This document shows positions 1 through 6,492 of a DNA stretch of 6,996 bases, piece after piece. The DNA comes from a virus. Its lineage: Duplodnaviria > Heunggongvirae > Uroviricota > Caudoviricetes. The notes beneath the pieces are model-generated. The model had not been told where the DNA came from and ran no database searches. It worked only from the letters and a program-made list of their open reading frames with translations. Numbering within the stretch: the stretch's first letter is position 1; every line of letters starts with the position of its first letter. Location of the stretch: IMG/VR virus record IMGVR_UViG_2531839468_000016; one strand, given 5' to 3'. A program made the translations under genes and the position numbers.

Positions 1-2
1 TG

Positions 3-1152
3 GGATGTGATGTGTCAGAGCAACTGGAGCTTATCAGCAGCGCCTTTAAGGTTATCGAAACACAACGTCCGAAACAGGCCTGTTGCCGGTGCGACCATAT
101 CGTGCAGGCACCAGTACCTTCAAAACCCATTGCACGCAGTTATGCCGGAGCGGGGCTTCTGGCCCATGTTGTCACCGGGAAATTATGCAGACCATCTGCC
201 GTTATACCGCCAGTCAGAAATATACCGTCGTCAGGGAGTGGAGCTGAGCCGTGCCACACTGGGGCGCTGGACAGGAGCTGTTGCTGAACTGCTGGAGCCG
301 CTGTATGACGTCCTGCGCCAGTATGTGCTGATGCCCGGTAAAGTCCATGCTGATGATATCCCCGTCCCGGTCCAGGAGCCGGGCAGCGGTAAAACCCGGA
401 CAGCCCGGCTGTGGGTCTACGTCCGTGATGACCGTAACGCCGGTTCACAGATGCCCCCGGCGGTCTGGTTCGCGTACAGTCCGGACCGGAAAGGTATCCA
501 TCCACAAAATCACCTGGCCGGTTACAGCGGTGTGCTTCAGGCCGATGCTTACGGTGGTTACCGGGCGTTATACGAATCCGGCAGAATAACGGAAGCCGCG
601 TGTATGGCTCATGCCCGGAGAAAAATCCACGATGTGCATGCAAGAGCGCCCACCTACATCACCACGGAAGCCCTGCAGCGTATCGGTGAACTGTATGCCA
701 TCGAGGCAGAGGTCCGGGGCTGTTCAGCAGAACAGCGTCTGGCGGCAAGAAAAGCCAGAGCCGCGCCACTGATGCAGTCACTGTATGACTGGATACAGCA
801 ACAGATGAAAACACTGTCGCGTCACTCAGATACGGCAAAAGCGTTCGCATACCTGCTGAAACAGTGGGATGCTCTGAACGTGTACTGCAGTAATGGCTGG
901 GTGGAAATCGACAACAACATCGCAGAGAACGCCTTACGGGGAGTGGCCGTAGGCCGGAAAAACTGGATGTTCGCGGGTTCCGACAGCGGTGGTGAACATG
1001 CGGCGGTGTTGTACTCGCTGATCGGCACATGCCGTCTGAACAATGTGGAGCCAGAAAAGTGGCTGCGTTACGTCATTGAACATATCCAGGACTGGCCGGC
1101 AAACCGGGTACGCGATCTGTTGCCCTGGAAAGTTGATCTGAGCTCTCAGTAA
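3..1152 (+). pseudogene. IS66-family transposase (TnpC/orf3-type), 5'-truncated by the window edge and frameshifted near nt 183
   Basis: Frame +3 (3..287) encodes ...[56 protein letters not shown], then runs into junk and a stop. Frame +1 carries the continuation [31 protein letters not shown]... through to the stop at 1150-1152. The switch maps to GGGAAATTATGCAGACC (177-193), consistent with a 1-nt insertion in an A/T run. The frame-1 text before about 184 is non-homologous. Confidence 0.7.
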
Positions 1153-1155
1153 ATA

Positions 1156-1182
1156 TCAATACGGTTCTGACGAGTCGCTTAC
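1156..1182. repeat. Putative right terminal inverted repeat of the IS66-family element
   Basis: Reverse complement of 1156..1182 reads 5'-GTAAGCGACTCGTCAGAACCGTATTGA; IS66-family ends typically begin GTAA(GCG). The left IR is not in the window, so the pairing cannot be checked. Confidence 0.45.
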
Positions 1183-1334
1183 CCCTTTCTAGCACAGCGA
1201 AAAAATGTAAATCCTGATAGCAATATGATTGAAAATTAATAACTTTTCGTTAGGCAGTTTTGGGTGTGAGTTGCAAGAGGGGAGACTACTGAATAACTCA
1301 AGTTTTATAATCGAGGGGAAAATGGTGATGGCGT

Positions 1335-1373
1335 TCATAGCAAAACGCCCTCAACCATAAAGGTCGAGGGCGC
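1335..1373 (-). terminator. Putative intrinsic terminator downstream of tRNA-Asn
   Basis: GC-rich inverted repeat cgccctc (1346-1352) / gagggcg (1366-1372), extendable by acc/ggt inside the loop. On the minus strand it is followed by TTTTG. It lies about 90 nt past the tRNA 3' end. Confidence 0.35.
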
Positions 1374-1461
1374 TTAAGATGTTAAAAAACCGCTATCCGT
1401 TAAAAAGCAATGTTCAACTAAGGTCAGTGACATTGCGCTAAAAAAGCGAATTTTTAGAATT

Positions 1462-1537
1462 TGGCTCCTCTGACTGGACTCGAACCAGTGACATACGGAT
1501 TAACAGTCCGCCGTTCTACCGACTGAACTACAGAGGA
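1462..1537 (-). tRNA. asnT: tRNA-Asn (anticodon GUU)
   Basis: Reverse complement of 1462..1537 is TCCTCTGTAGTTCAGTCGGTAGAACGGCGGACTGTTAATCCGTATGTCACTGGTTCGAGTCCAGTCAGAGGAGCCA: 76 nt, cloverleaf-compatible, anticodon loop CU-GUU-AA, encoded CCA. It matches E. coli tRNA-Asn as I remember it. The symbol asnT is inferred from adjacency to mtfA, because E. coli has several identical asn tRNA genes. Confidence 0.93.
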
Positions 1538-1548
1538 ATCGTGTGAAC

Positions 1549-1584
1549 GGGGCGCATATTACTTAGCGGTACCTTGTCTGTCAA
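1549..1584 (-). promoter_or_regulatory. Sigma70 promoter for the tRNA-Asn gene
   Basis: On the minus strand: -35 TTGACA (1579-1584), 17-bp spacer, -10 TAATAT (1556-1561), then a GC-rich discriminator GCGCCCC (1549-1555) about 10 nt upstream of the mature tRNA 5' end. An AT-rich TTAATTAAT repeat block at about 1610-1640 lies further upstream (possible UP element or Fis-type site). Confidence 0.55.
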
Positions 1585-1637
1585 CACTAAATTTCATAAG
1601 TCATTTCAATTGGTTAATTAATCTGCAAAGTTGTTAA

Positions 1638-2435
1638 TTAATGAACATTCGTCGCCGAAAACGAGTCTGTATCATTAGTGCGATGCAGTCTCTGCAAAGG
1701 ATCTTGTTGATAAAATTGGCAGAAACGTTGCCACAATGAAGGGAAACGAGGAGCAAAAAGTTCTGGGGCGCTAAAGAAATATTCAGAAAGTACGGCAAAA
1801 CATTCAGCAGGATCACTGGCAGCATAAGCATCAATGCTCGCCGCATTCTCGCCAACCAATTCGATTTCTTCCTGAATGTTGTTCATTGCAGCATGAAGAT
1901 CGTGTTCCCAGCCAGCAACCTCACGCAACGGAATAAAGGGAACTCCGCTGGCGCGATCGCCGTTACGGGTGTCCAGCTTATGAGCGACTTCATGAATAAT
2001 CAGGTTAAAACCAGAAGCATCAAAAGAATCTTGTATATCCAACCAGTTCAAAACGATAGGCCCTTGCTGCCAGCTCTGACCTGACTGAACAATACGTTGG
2101 TTATGCACCAGACCGATATCGTCTTCCCATTCATCATCGACCACAAATGGCGCAGGATAAATTAAGACTTCATGAAAACCATCCAGCCATTCCAGTCCTA
2201 ACTCCAGAACGGGTAGGCAAAATAGAAGTGCTATCCGGCAGCTTCTTAATGAATCCAGTTCAAAGCCCTGTAAAGGAACAAGCCGCTTTTGCTGTAAAAA
2301 ACGTTCGGCAAGAGTGACTAATTTGCTTTGTTCCTGTTCCGTCAGACACGTTAAAAGGGGGATCGATAGTGCTTCCTGCCAGGGAAGGGCAGTTTGATGT
2401 GCTGATTCTTGTACTTTCCAGGGCCACTTAATCAT
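1638..2435 (-). CDS. mtfA: MtfA (Mlc titration factor A; zinc-dependent peptidase family), 265 aa
   Basis: Translation [28 protein letters not shown]...[10 protein letters not shown]...SFSATNVH matches E. coli MtfA/YeeI as I remember it, including the HEVAH metalloprotease motif. The start is set at ATG 2433-2435 (MIKWPWK) rather than the track's upstream in-frame start at 2474. Confidence 0.9.
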
Positions 2436-2484
2436 CGTTTTGCTCGCAAACTCGTCACTTGAACAAAATTGCACGGACAGGGAC

Positions 2485-2493
2485 TGTTAAAAT
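2485..2493 (+). promoter_or_regulatory. Possible extended -10 element (TGtTAAAAT) of a tRNA-Ser promoter
   Basis: TGTTAAAAT at 2485-2493, about 36 nt upstream of the tRNA 5' end. No well-spaced -35 is present: TTGCAC at 2469-2474 gives a 13-bp spacer and TTGAAC at 2459-2464 gives 23 bp. Weak call. Confidence 0.25.
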
Positions 2494-2528
2494 GCCAAAT
2501 TTCCTGGCATCATGGCAACCATCTGAAC

Positions 2529-2618
2529 GGAGAGATGCCGGAGCGGCTGAACGGACCGGTCTCGAAAACCGGAGTGGGGGCAACTCCACCGGGGGTTCAA
2601 ATCCCCCTCTCTCCGCCA
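2529..2618 (+). tRNA. serU: tRNA-Ser (anticodon CGA)
   Basis: GGAGAGATGCCGGAGCGGCTGAACGGACCGGTCTCGAAAACCGGAGTGGGGGCAACTCCACCGGGGGTTCAAATCCCCCTCTCTCCGCCA: 90 nt with the long variable arm typical of tRNA-Ser, anticodon loop CU-CGA-AA, encoded CCA. Matches E. coli serU as remembered; serU lies next to mtfA in E. coli K-12. Confidence 0.93.
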
Positions 2619-2700
2619 AAATTCAATCACTTATACATCATTAAGTCAGTGACAAAAATCACACTTGGAATTACTTGGAATATTTTCTTGGAATATTTTC
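2590..2700. other. Predicted prophage attL (core overlapping the tRNA-Ser 3' end, plus P'-arm region)
   Basis: Lambda-family integrase gene whose 3' end points at the tRNA 3' end, with tandem arm-type repeats 45-80 bp from the tRNA 3' end. This is the lambda attL (B-O-P') geometry, where P' arm sites lie about +55 to +85 from the core and overlap the int 3' end. Exact core limits need the attR end, which is not in the window. Confidence 0.4.
2664..2699. repeat. Direct repeats CTTGGAAT(ATTTT) x3, candidate integrase arm-type binding sites
   Basis: Perfect tandem 13-mers cttggaatatttt at 2674-2686 and 2687-2699, plus a partial copy cttggaatta at 2664-2673. They overlap the last codons and stop codon of int (...NIPRKYSK*). 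Confidence 0.5.
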
Positions 2701-3696
2701 AGGTAACGGGACATCAAGTGTCGGTGAAACTTTAACCTTCCTGTCATAGATTAGCACTTGCCCCTCGGTTTTGTGACCAGAGAAAAGTTGCTTATCCCGA
2801 CTGCTTCCTTCATAGTCTGAAATTCCTTTCGCCTTCAGATCATGAAAGGTGAAGTCGGTTAAAATACCTGAAATTTTGCCTGCGCGATTTCTTGCTTCTA
2901 CCCACATTTCGTTAAAGCCTTTGTACATATATCGGTTGCCGTATTGATTGCTGATTACATAGGCGGATGTTGGTAACTGTTTTGCTTTTTCGATCGCCGC
3001 CTGTAATCGTGGACTCCATGCTTTTATCTGTTTTTTTCCTGTTTTCCCTTGCTGGATAAAGATCCCGTCGTTTCCAATCTGCTCCCATTTCAGCGATAAC
3101 ACATCGGAAACCCTCGCTGCACACAGATAGGCAATTTCCATTGCGATAAAAACAGGAAGAGGTGCAACGCTTAATACTGCCTGGTATTCTTTGTCGGTTA
3201 CATATCGTTCGCGGTTTTTGGCCTTGAATTTACTTACACCTGCACATGGGTTACCCTTCACGTACCCTCGCTCATACCCCCAACTGTAAACGCGGGACAT
3301 ACTGCTTTTTTCATGGTTGGCTTGCGTTTTACTCTGCTCCCCTCTCTTGTCCATGTATCGACGGATGTGTTCTGGTTTTATGGAATCTGCCGGCACCTTA
3401 CCGAATACGGCAAGCAACTTTTTTTGATGTTGCAGATAATCTTTTTGTGTTCTTGGACTGAGGTCACTGTAATAGGCGCTGGCGAGGAATTTTTCCCACA
3501 AGCGACCGAATGTCATTGCACGATCGCGATTATTTACAGTTTCCTCATACTTTTTCCATAAAGCAGCTAAACCATCCTTGATGGCGGTTAGTGTTACAGA
3601 TTCTCTGGATGTTGGTTTCCATACATAACTATATTTATTTGGGTATACATTTGGAGGTAATTTTTCGTGTTCAGGATTTTTCCTTCGTCTTCCCAT
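2671..3696 (-). CDS. int: Phage integrase, lambda-family tyrosine recombinase, 341 aa
   Basis: N-terminus MGRRRKNPEHEKLPPNVY resembles the lambda Int arm-binding N-terminus (MGRRRSHERRDLPPNLY). C-terminal catalytic region aligns to lambda Int: ARVSDV (Arg I), GKTGKK (Lys), TFHDLK (HxxR box, with Lys in place of Arg), GHK (His), LIY (catalytic Tyr at 2746-2748). Confidence 0.9.
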   Translation of the reverse strand: MGRRRKNPEHEKLPPNVYPNKYSYVWKPTSRESVTLTAIKDGLAALWKKYEETVNNRDRAMTFGRLWEKFLASAYYSDLSPRTQKDYLQHQKKLLAVFGKVPADSIKPEHIRRYMDKRGEQSKTQANHEKSSMSRVYSWGYERGYVKGNPCAGVSKFKAKNRERYVTDKEYQAVLSVAPLPVFIAMEIAYLCAARVSDVLSLKWEQIGNDGIFIQQGKTGKKQIKAWSPRLQAAIEKAKQLPTSAYVISNQYGNRYMYKGFNEMWVEARNRAGKISGILTDFTFHDLKAKGISDYEGSSRDKQLFSGHKTEGQVLIYDRKVKVSPTLDVPLPENIPRKYSK

Positions 3697-3899
3697 CAGA
3701 TCGCACCAAAATTCGGCTCTACCTCGCGTGGTGGTAAAGTTTTATTGCAGGTAAATAGCTCCCGGCTGACAATCGGTTTGCCACTACGATTGGTATAGAA
3801 CGGAAGCCCGTTTTCCATTAACCATTTTCGCTGGTGGCTTGCATATTTGCAGCCCGTTAATATTAGCAATTCATCTTCGGTTAAAAATAAGCTGCTCAT
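3696..3899 (-). CDS. xis: Putative excisionase (Xis-like small DNA-binding protein), 67 aa
   Basis: A 67-aa ORF immediately upstream of int on the same strand. Its stop overlaps the int start by 1 nt (minus strand TGATG at 3694-3698), the classic translationally coupled xis-int arrangement. The sequence itself is not confidently recognised. Confidence 0.6.
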   Translation of the reverse strand: MSSLFLTEDELLILTGCKYASHQRKWLMENGLPFYTNRSGKPIVSRELFTCNKTLPPREVEPNFGAI

Positions 3900-3916
3900 A
3901 GCTATATCTCATAACC

Positions 3917-3942
3917 GCCGCTAACTATATACGGTTAGCGGC
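3917..3942 (-). other. Perfect 9-bp inverted repeat (stem-loop) in the 58-bp gap between the large gene and xis
   Basis: gccgctaac (3917-3925) and gttagcggc (3934-3942) with an 8-nt loop tatatacg. On the transcribed (minus) strand it ends about 17 nt upstream of the xis ATG and has no U-tract, so it is not a canonical intrinsic terminator. Confidence 0.3.
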
Positions 3943-3957
3943 AATTAGGGTTGAACA

Positions 3958-6429
3958 TTAAAAATCAGCCTGACTCGGGATCAGTTTTTGCCAGATAGCT
4001 GAAACGTATTTTGCCTGGTAACGGGCGTCATCAAGTGCATTATGGCGCTCACCTTCGAATGGAATAGCCGTTCTGGCATCGAAGTCTATGGCTTTCCCCA
4101 GCTCAACGATTGTGCGTACATCGCGATCGTTGTAGTAACGCCACGGGCAGGGGATCCCCTGCCGTTCGTATGAACGGCGCAAAATCGTGTTGTCGAAGTT
4201 GGCTCCATTTCCCCAGACATGAACAAAAAATTCACCGGAGTTTTCGTCGATAAATTCCCGCAATTGTAACAGTGCATCATCTAACGGGATTTCATCGGCC
4301 ATAATGGCAGATTGCGCTTCGCGTGATTGTTTAAGCCACCATTTAATGGTGTCCCGATCAATGACTCCGCCAGCAGTTTCCAGATCGATAGTCTTACTAA
4401 ATTCCGGTCCCATATCTCCGGTTTGCGGATCGAAAAATATTGCACCTATTGAGATAATCGGGGCATCGGGATTTTTTCCCATGGTTTCAAGGTCGATCAT
4501 CAGATGAATCCCCGCTCTGCTGGTGGATGTGAGATTATGATGACCGTTCGCCTTAATTAAGGGATCTGACGCCTCGCCAGTTTCACTATCGCTGGCATGA
4601 TGCTGATTGCCGCCAGTGTTCTCCTTGTGCTGATGCGCAGTGCCTTCCATTTCCTCCGGATCATTTTCCTGAACTTCAGGCTGATTCTCTCCATCGAATA
4701 TTTCCTGGTATGTTGCGTCACCCATCACCGCACCACAATCAGGGCAGTTGCCGCCACCGCTCTGACCGCAGGCGGTGCAGATCTTTTCCGGTTCCTGTTG
4801 CACTACTGGTTCAGGTTGTTTCGTTTCTGGCTCGTTTTGTAACGCATTTGGGCTGTTTTGTTCCGCTTTTTGGTAGTTCCGTTCCGATTCATGCTGGTTC
4901 TGGTTTACAGAATCGCGGGTCTGGATCCCCTTAACCCATTTCGGATCATTCGGGTCGCTGATCCCTGCAACAAATTCTCCGCGAGAGGCAGCAAGCAACT
5001 TATCGGCGTCAGGCTGGCTGATATTGGCTGCCTGCATAATTTTGTTTACTTCGTCAGCGGTAACTTTTACCGGCTCTGGTTGTGCGGTCGTGTCAGATGC
5101 ACCAGTATTTTGTTGTGAACCTGAGTATGTACCGTTTTTGCGGGCGAAATATTCTTCTTTCGTGATTTCAGTAGCCCCGGCAGCCAGTGCCTTATCCAGA
5201 CCAGAAAGTTTGTTTGCGCGACCGTATTTTTCGCCATCCTTGTCGGTGAAGAGGAAGTAGAACGGCCCCTCACGCTCTACAGATGGTTCGACTTCCACTT
5301 TGCATTCGGTTTTTTCGTTGTCCGGAATTGCCGTTTCCACTGCATCAGTTTCTGGTACTGGCGACGAGAGAGTATCAGTTGCGCTCTGATTTGTTCCTTC
5401 ATCTTCAAACACGCCCTTTGTAGTCAGGTATTCAGTAATGTATTTGTTCAGTGCCACAGGGTCTTTGTGAATGTCGATCGGACGTTCACGGACAAGGCCA
5501 AAAATAGTCTGGCGGTCGTAGCGAAGGGCATCAGGCTGTTTGCGCATTGATGCCGAGATACGCTTCCAGTCTTCGCGGTAGTTGTCGATAACTTCATTTT
5601 TTGCCCAGCGATGGATGCTGCCGTCAATGTTTCCGGCATCCACATCACCAGGCCAGAGAGCGTAGGCCAGTTCGTCATCCAGTGTTTTCCATGTCTGCTT
5701 GTATTCGCGATGAATGGCAGCAATGACCAGGCTGATTTTTCCTGTTGAATTTTCAGTGTGCTGTTGATTGACTCTGGCGCGGGCGAGATCAACAACAGAC
5801 GTGTATTTTCCGGTTTCCTTGCGTTCACCTTCGCGACGTTTTTTCCAGATGCGCATCTCTGCCTGAATTTCGGGCCATTTGGCACCAGGCTTACATTTAT
5901 GCTTAACCCACCCGATGGCATGCAGCTTAAGCTCCGGATACATGGCGTTAACTTCTGGCATTTTCATCAACGCTTCAACGATATGTCCGTCGAATGTTGC
6001 CATGTCTTCCTGCAACAATTCCTGTGCGCTAATCACCATATCAACGGTGATGTTTTCACATGTGTCGAACTTAACCATGACAGCGTTCTGTACTTCAGGG
6101 GCCAGCTTGTCAAAAGTGACGTTCATCGGATCGGATTCAGTCTCAACCGGGACAAAAGAAGCAGAATCCTCATCCCAGCGGTTTTCCTGCATATATTCAG
6201 CATCCCATGAATCGAGGGCAGGGCGGGGTATGCCAGGTTTATCCTCGCAGACAATAAATTTATAAGCGCAGTCCTGAGCAGCCGGATAATGTTCCAGGAA
6301 TTGCCAGTGAAATTTTGCTCGAGCACGGCGTTCGTCGCCAGCTTCAATGGCTGTGGCTACAGCCACAGCGCCTTCTTCCCTTGTTGCCAGTTCGTCAGGA
6401 ATAGCGGCGCAAATAAAGACTTTACTCAT
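3958..6429 (-). CDS. Prophage large exonuclease, 823 aa: RecE (exonuclease VIII)-like N-terminal/linker region fused to a C-terminal DEDDh (DnaQ-like) 3'-5' exonuclease domain
   Basis: Single uninterrupted 2472-nt ORF with an SD-like GAGG upstream of the ATG at 6427-6429. The C-terminal about 185 aa (3961..4515) carry Exo I MIDLETMG, Exo II GNGANFDNTIL and Exo III HNALDDARYQ motifs. The central region has a C-x2-C-x7-C-x2-C knuckle (ICTACGQSGGGNCPDCG, 4735..4779) inside an acidic Q/E/P-rich linker, plus a block DADKLLAASRGEFVAGISDPNDPKWVKGIQTRD that I recall as characteristic of the RecE non-catalytic region. The RecE resemblance is from memory and unverified. Confidence 0.85.
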   Translation of the reverse strand: MSKVFICAAIPDELATREEGAVAVATAIEAGDERRARAKFHWQFLEHYPAAQDCAYKFIVCEDKPGIPRPALDSWDAEYMQENRWDEDSASFVPVETESDPMNVTFDKLAPEVQNAVMVKFDTCENITVDMVISAQELLQEDMATFDGHIVEALMKMPEVNAMYPELKLHAIGWVKHKCKPGAKWPEIQAEMRIWKKRREGERKETGKYTSVVDLARARVNQQHTENSTGKISLVIAAIHREYKQTWKTLDDELAYALWPGDVDAGNIDGSIHRWAKNEVIDNYREDWKRISASMRKQPDALRYDRQTIFGLVRERPIDIHKDPVALNKYITEYLTTKGVFEDEGTNQSATDTLSSPVPETDAVETAIPDNEKTECKVEVEPSVEREGPFYFLFTDKDGEKYGRANKLSGLDKALAAGATEITKEEYFARKNGTYSGSQQNTGASDTTAQPEPVKVTADEVNKIMQAANISQPDADKLLAASRGEFVAGISDPNDPKWVKGIQTRDSVNQNQHESERNYQKAEQNSPNALQNEPETKQPEPVVQQEPEKICTACGQSGGGNCPDCGAVMGDATYQEIFDGENQPEVQENDPEEMEGTAHQHKENTGGNQHHASDSETGEASDPLIKANGHHNLTSTSRAGIHLMIDLETMGKNPDAPIISIGAIFFDPQTGDMGPEFSKTIDLETAGGVIDRDTIKWWLKQSREAQSAIMADEIPLDDALLQLREFIDENSGEFFVHVWGNGANFDNTILRRSYERQGIPCPWRYYNDRDVRTIVELGKAIDFDARTAIPFEGERHNALDDARYQAKYVSAIWQKLIPSQADF

Positions 6430-6492
6430 TTTGTTTTAACCTCATGACAGATTTAAGGATGAACAAATCCCTGCCATTGCTGGCATATAAGA

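Larger units (their letters stand above)
1..1182 (+). mobile_element. IS66-family insertion sequence, right-hand portion (left part lies outside the window)
   Basis: Translations carry IS66-transposase hallmarks (CxxC...CxxC zinc-finger region, then HLPLYRQ, and a long conserved C-terminal part ending ...[11 protein letters not shown] at 1152). About 30 bp after the stop the sequence ends in ...cgagtcgcttac (to 1182), whose reverse complement starts 5'-GTAAGCG, the typical IS66-family terminal inverted-repeat start. Family assignment is from memory. Confidence 0.8.

Noticed and set aside
12-287. 91-aa plus-strand ORF as an independent gene
   Set aside because: It is the upstream reading frame of the IS66 transposase (it carries the CxxC zinc-finger and [10 protein letters not shown] motifs), not a separate gene; its tail after about nt 183 is out-of-frame read-through.
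140-1043. ORFs 140..643 (-), 347..589 (+), 659..1030 (-), 822..1043 (-) inside the IS66 transposase region
   Set aside because: Antisense or alternate-frame ORFs fully embedded in a well-supported transposase coding region, with Arg/Pro/Ser-rich composition typical of spurious frames in GC-rich coding DNA.
1183-1461. Possible coding gene or integrase remnant between the IS66 end and tRNA-Asn
   Set aside because: Only very short ORFs (under 15 codons) are present; the region is better explained as the tRNA downstream terminator region interrupted by the IS insertion.
1634-2084. ORFs 1634..1855 (-) and 1893..2084 (+) overlapping mtfA
   Set aside because: Alternate-frame or antisense ORFs within the recognised mtfA coding sequence; no independent support.
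2436-2474. Longer mtfA start (278-aa version beginning [13 protein letters not shown])
   Set aside because: MtfA as I remember it starts at MIKWPWK (ATG at 2433-2435); the 13-codon upstream extension runs into the divergent tRNA-Ser promoter region and is probably not translated.
2664-2699. Possible CRISPR array or VNTR from the CTTGGAATATTTT repeats
   Set aside because: Only 2 to 3 short tandem copies with no spacers; their position next to a tRNA 3' end and overlapping an integrase 3' end fits arm-type recombinase binding sites much better.
2459-2735. Plus-strand ORFs 2459..2644 and 2469..2735
   Set aside because: They run straight through the tRNA-Ser gene and the attL/int 3' region; this locus is explained by the tRNA and the integrase on the opposite strand.
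2912-3561. ORFs 2912..3124 (-), 3246..3461 (+), 3313..3561 (+) inside int
   Set aside because: Embedded in the integrase coding region in other frames or antisense; the integrase frame has clear catalytic motifs, these do not.
4086-6347. Nine alternate-frame or antisense ORFs inside the 823-aa gene (for example 5448..5921 (-) 157 aa, 5758..6210 (+) 150 aa, 5879..6265 (+) 128 aa)
   Set aside because: All are contained within one uninterrupted 2472-nt frame with coherent domain structure; overlapping ORFs of this size are expected by chance and show no start signals or recognisable motifs.
3958-6429. Calling the 823-aa gene simply recE (a RecET recombination module)
   Set aside because: The C-terminal nuclease motifs are DEDDh type rather than the PD-(D/E)XK RecE fold, and no annealase gene follows it, so the gene symbol recE was not assigned.
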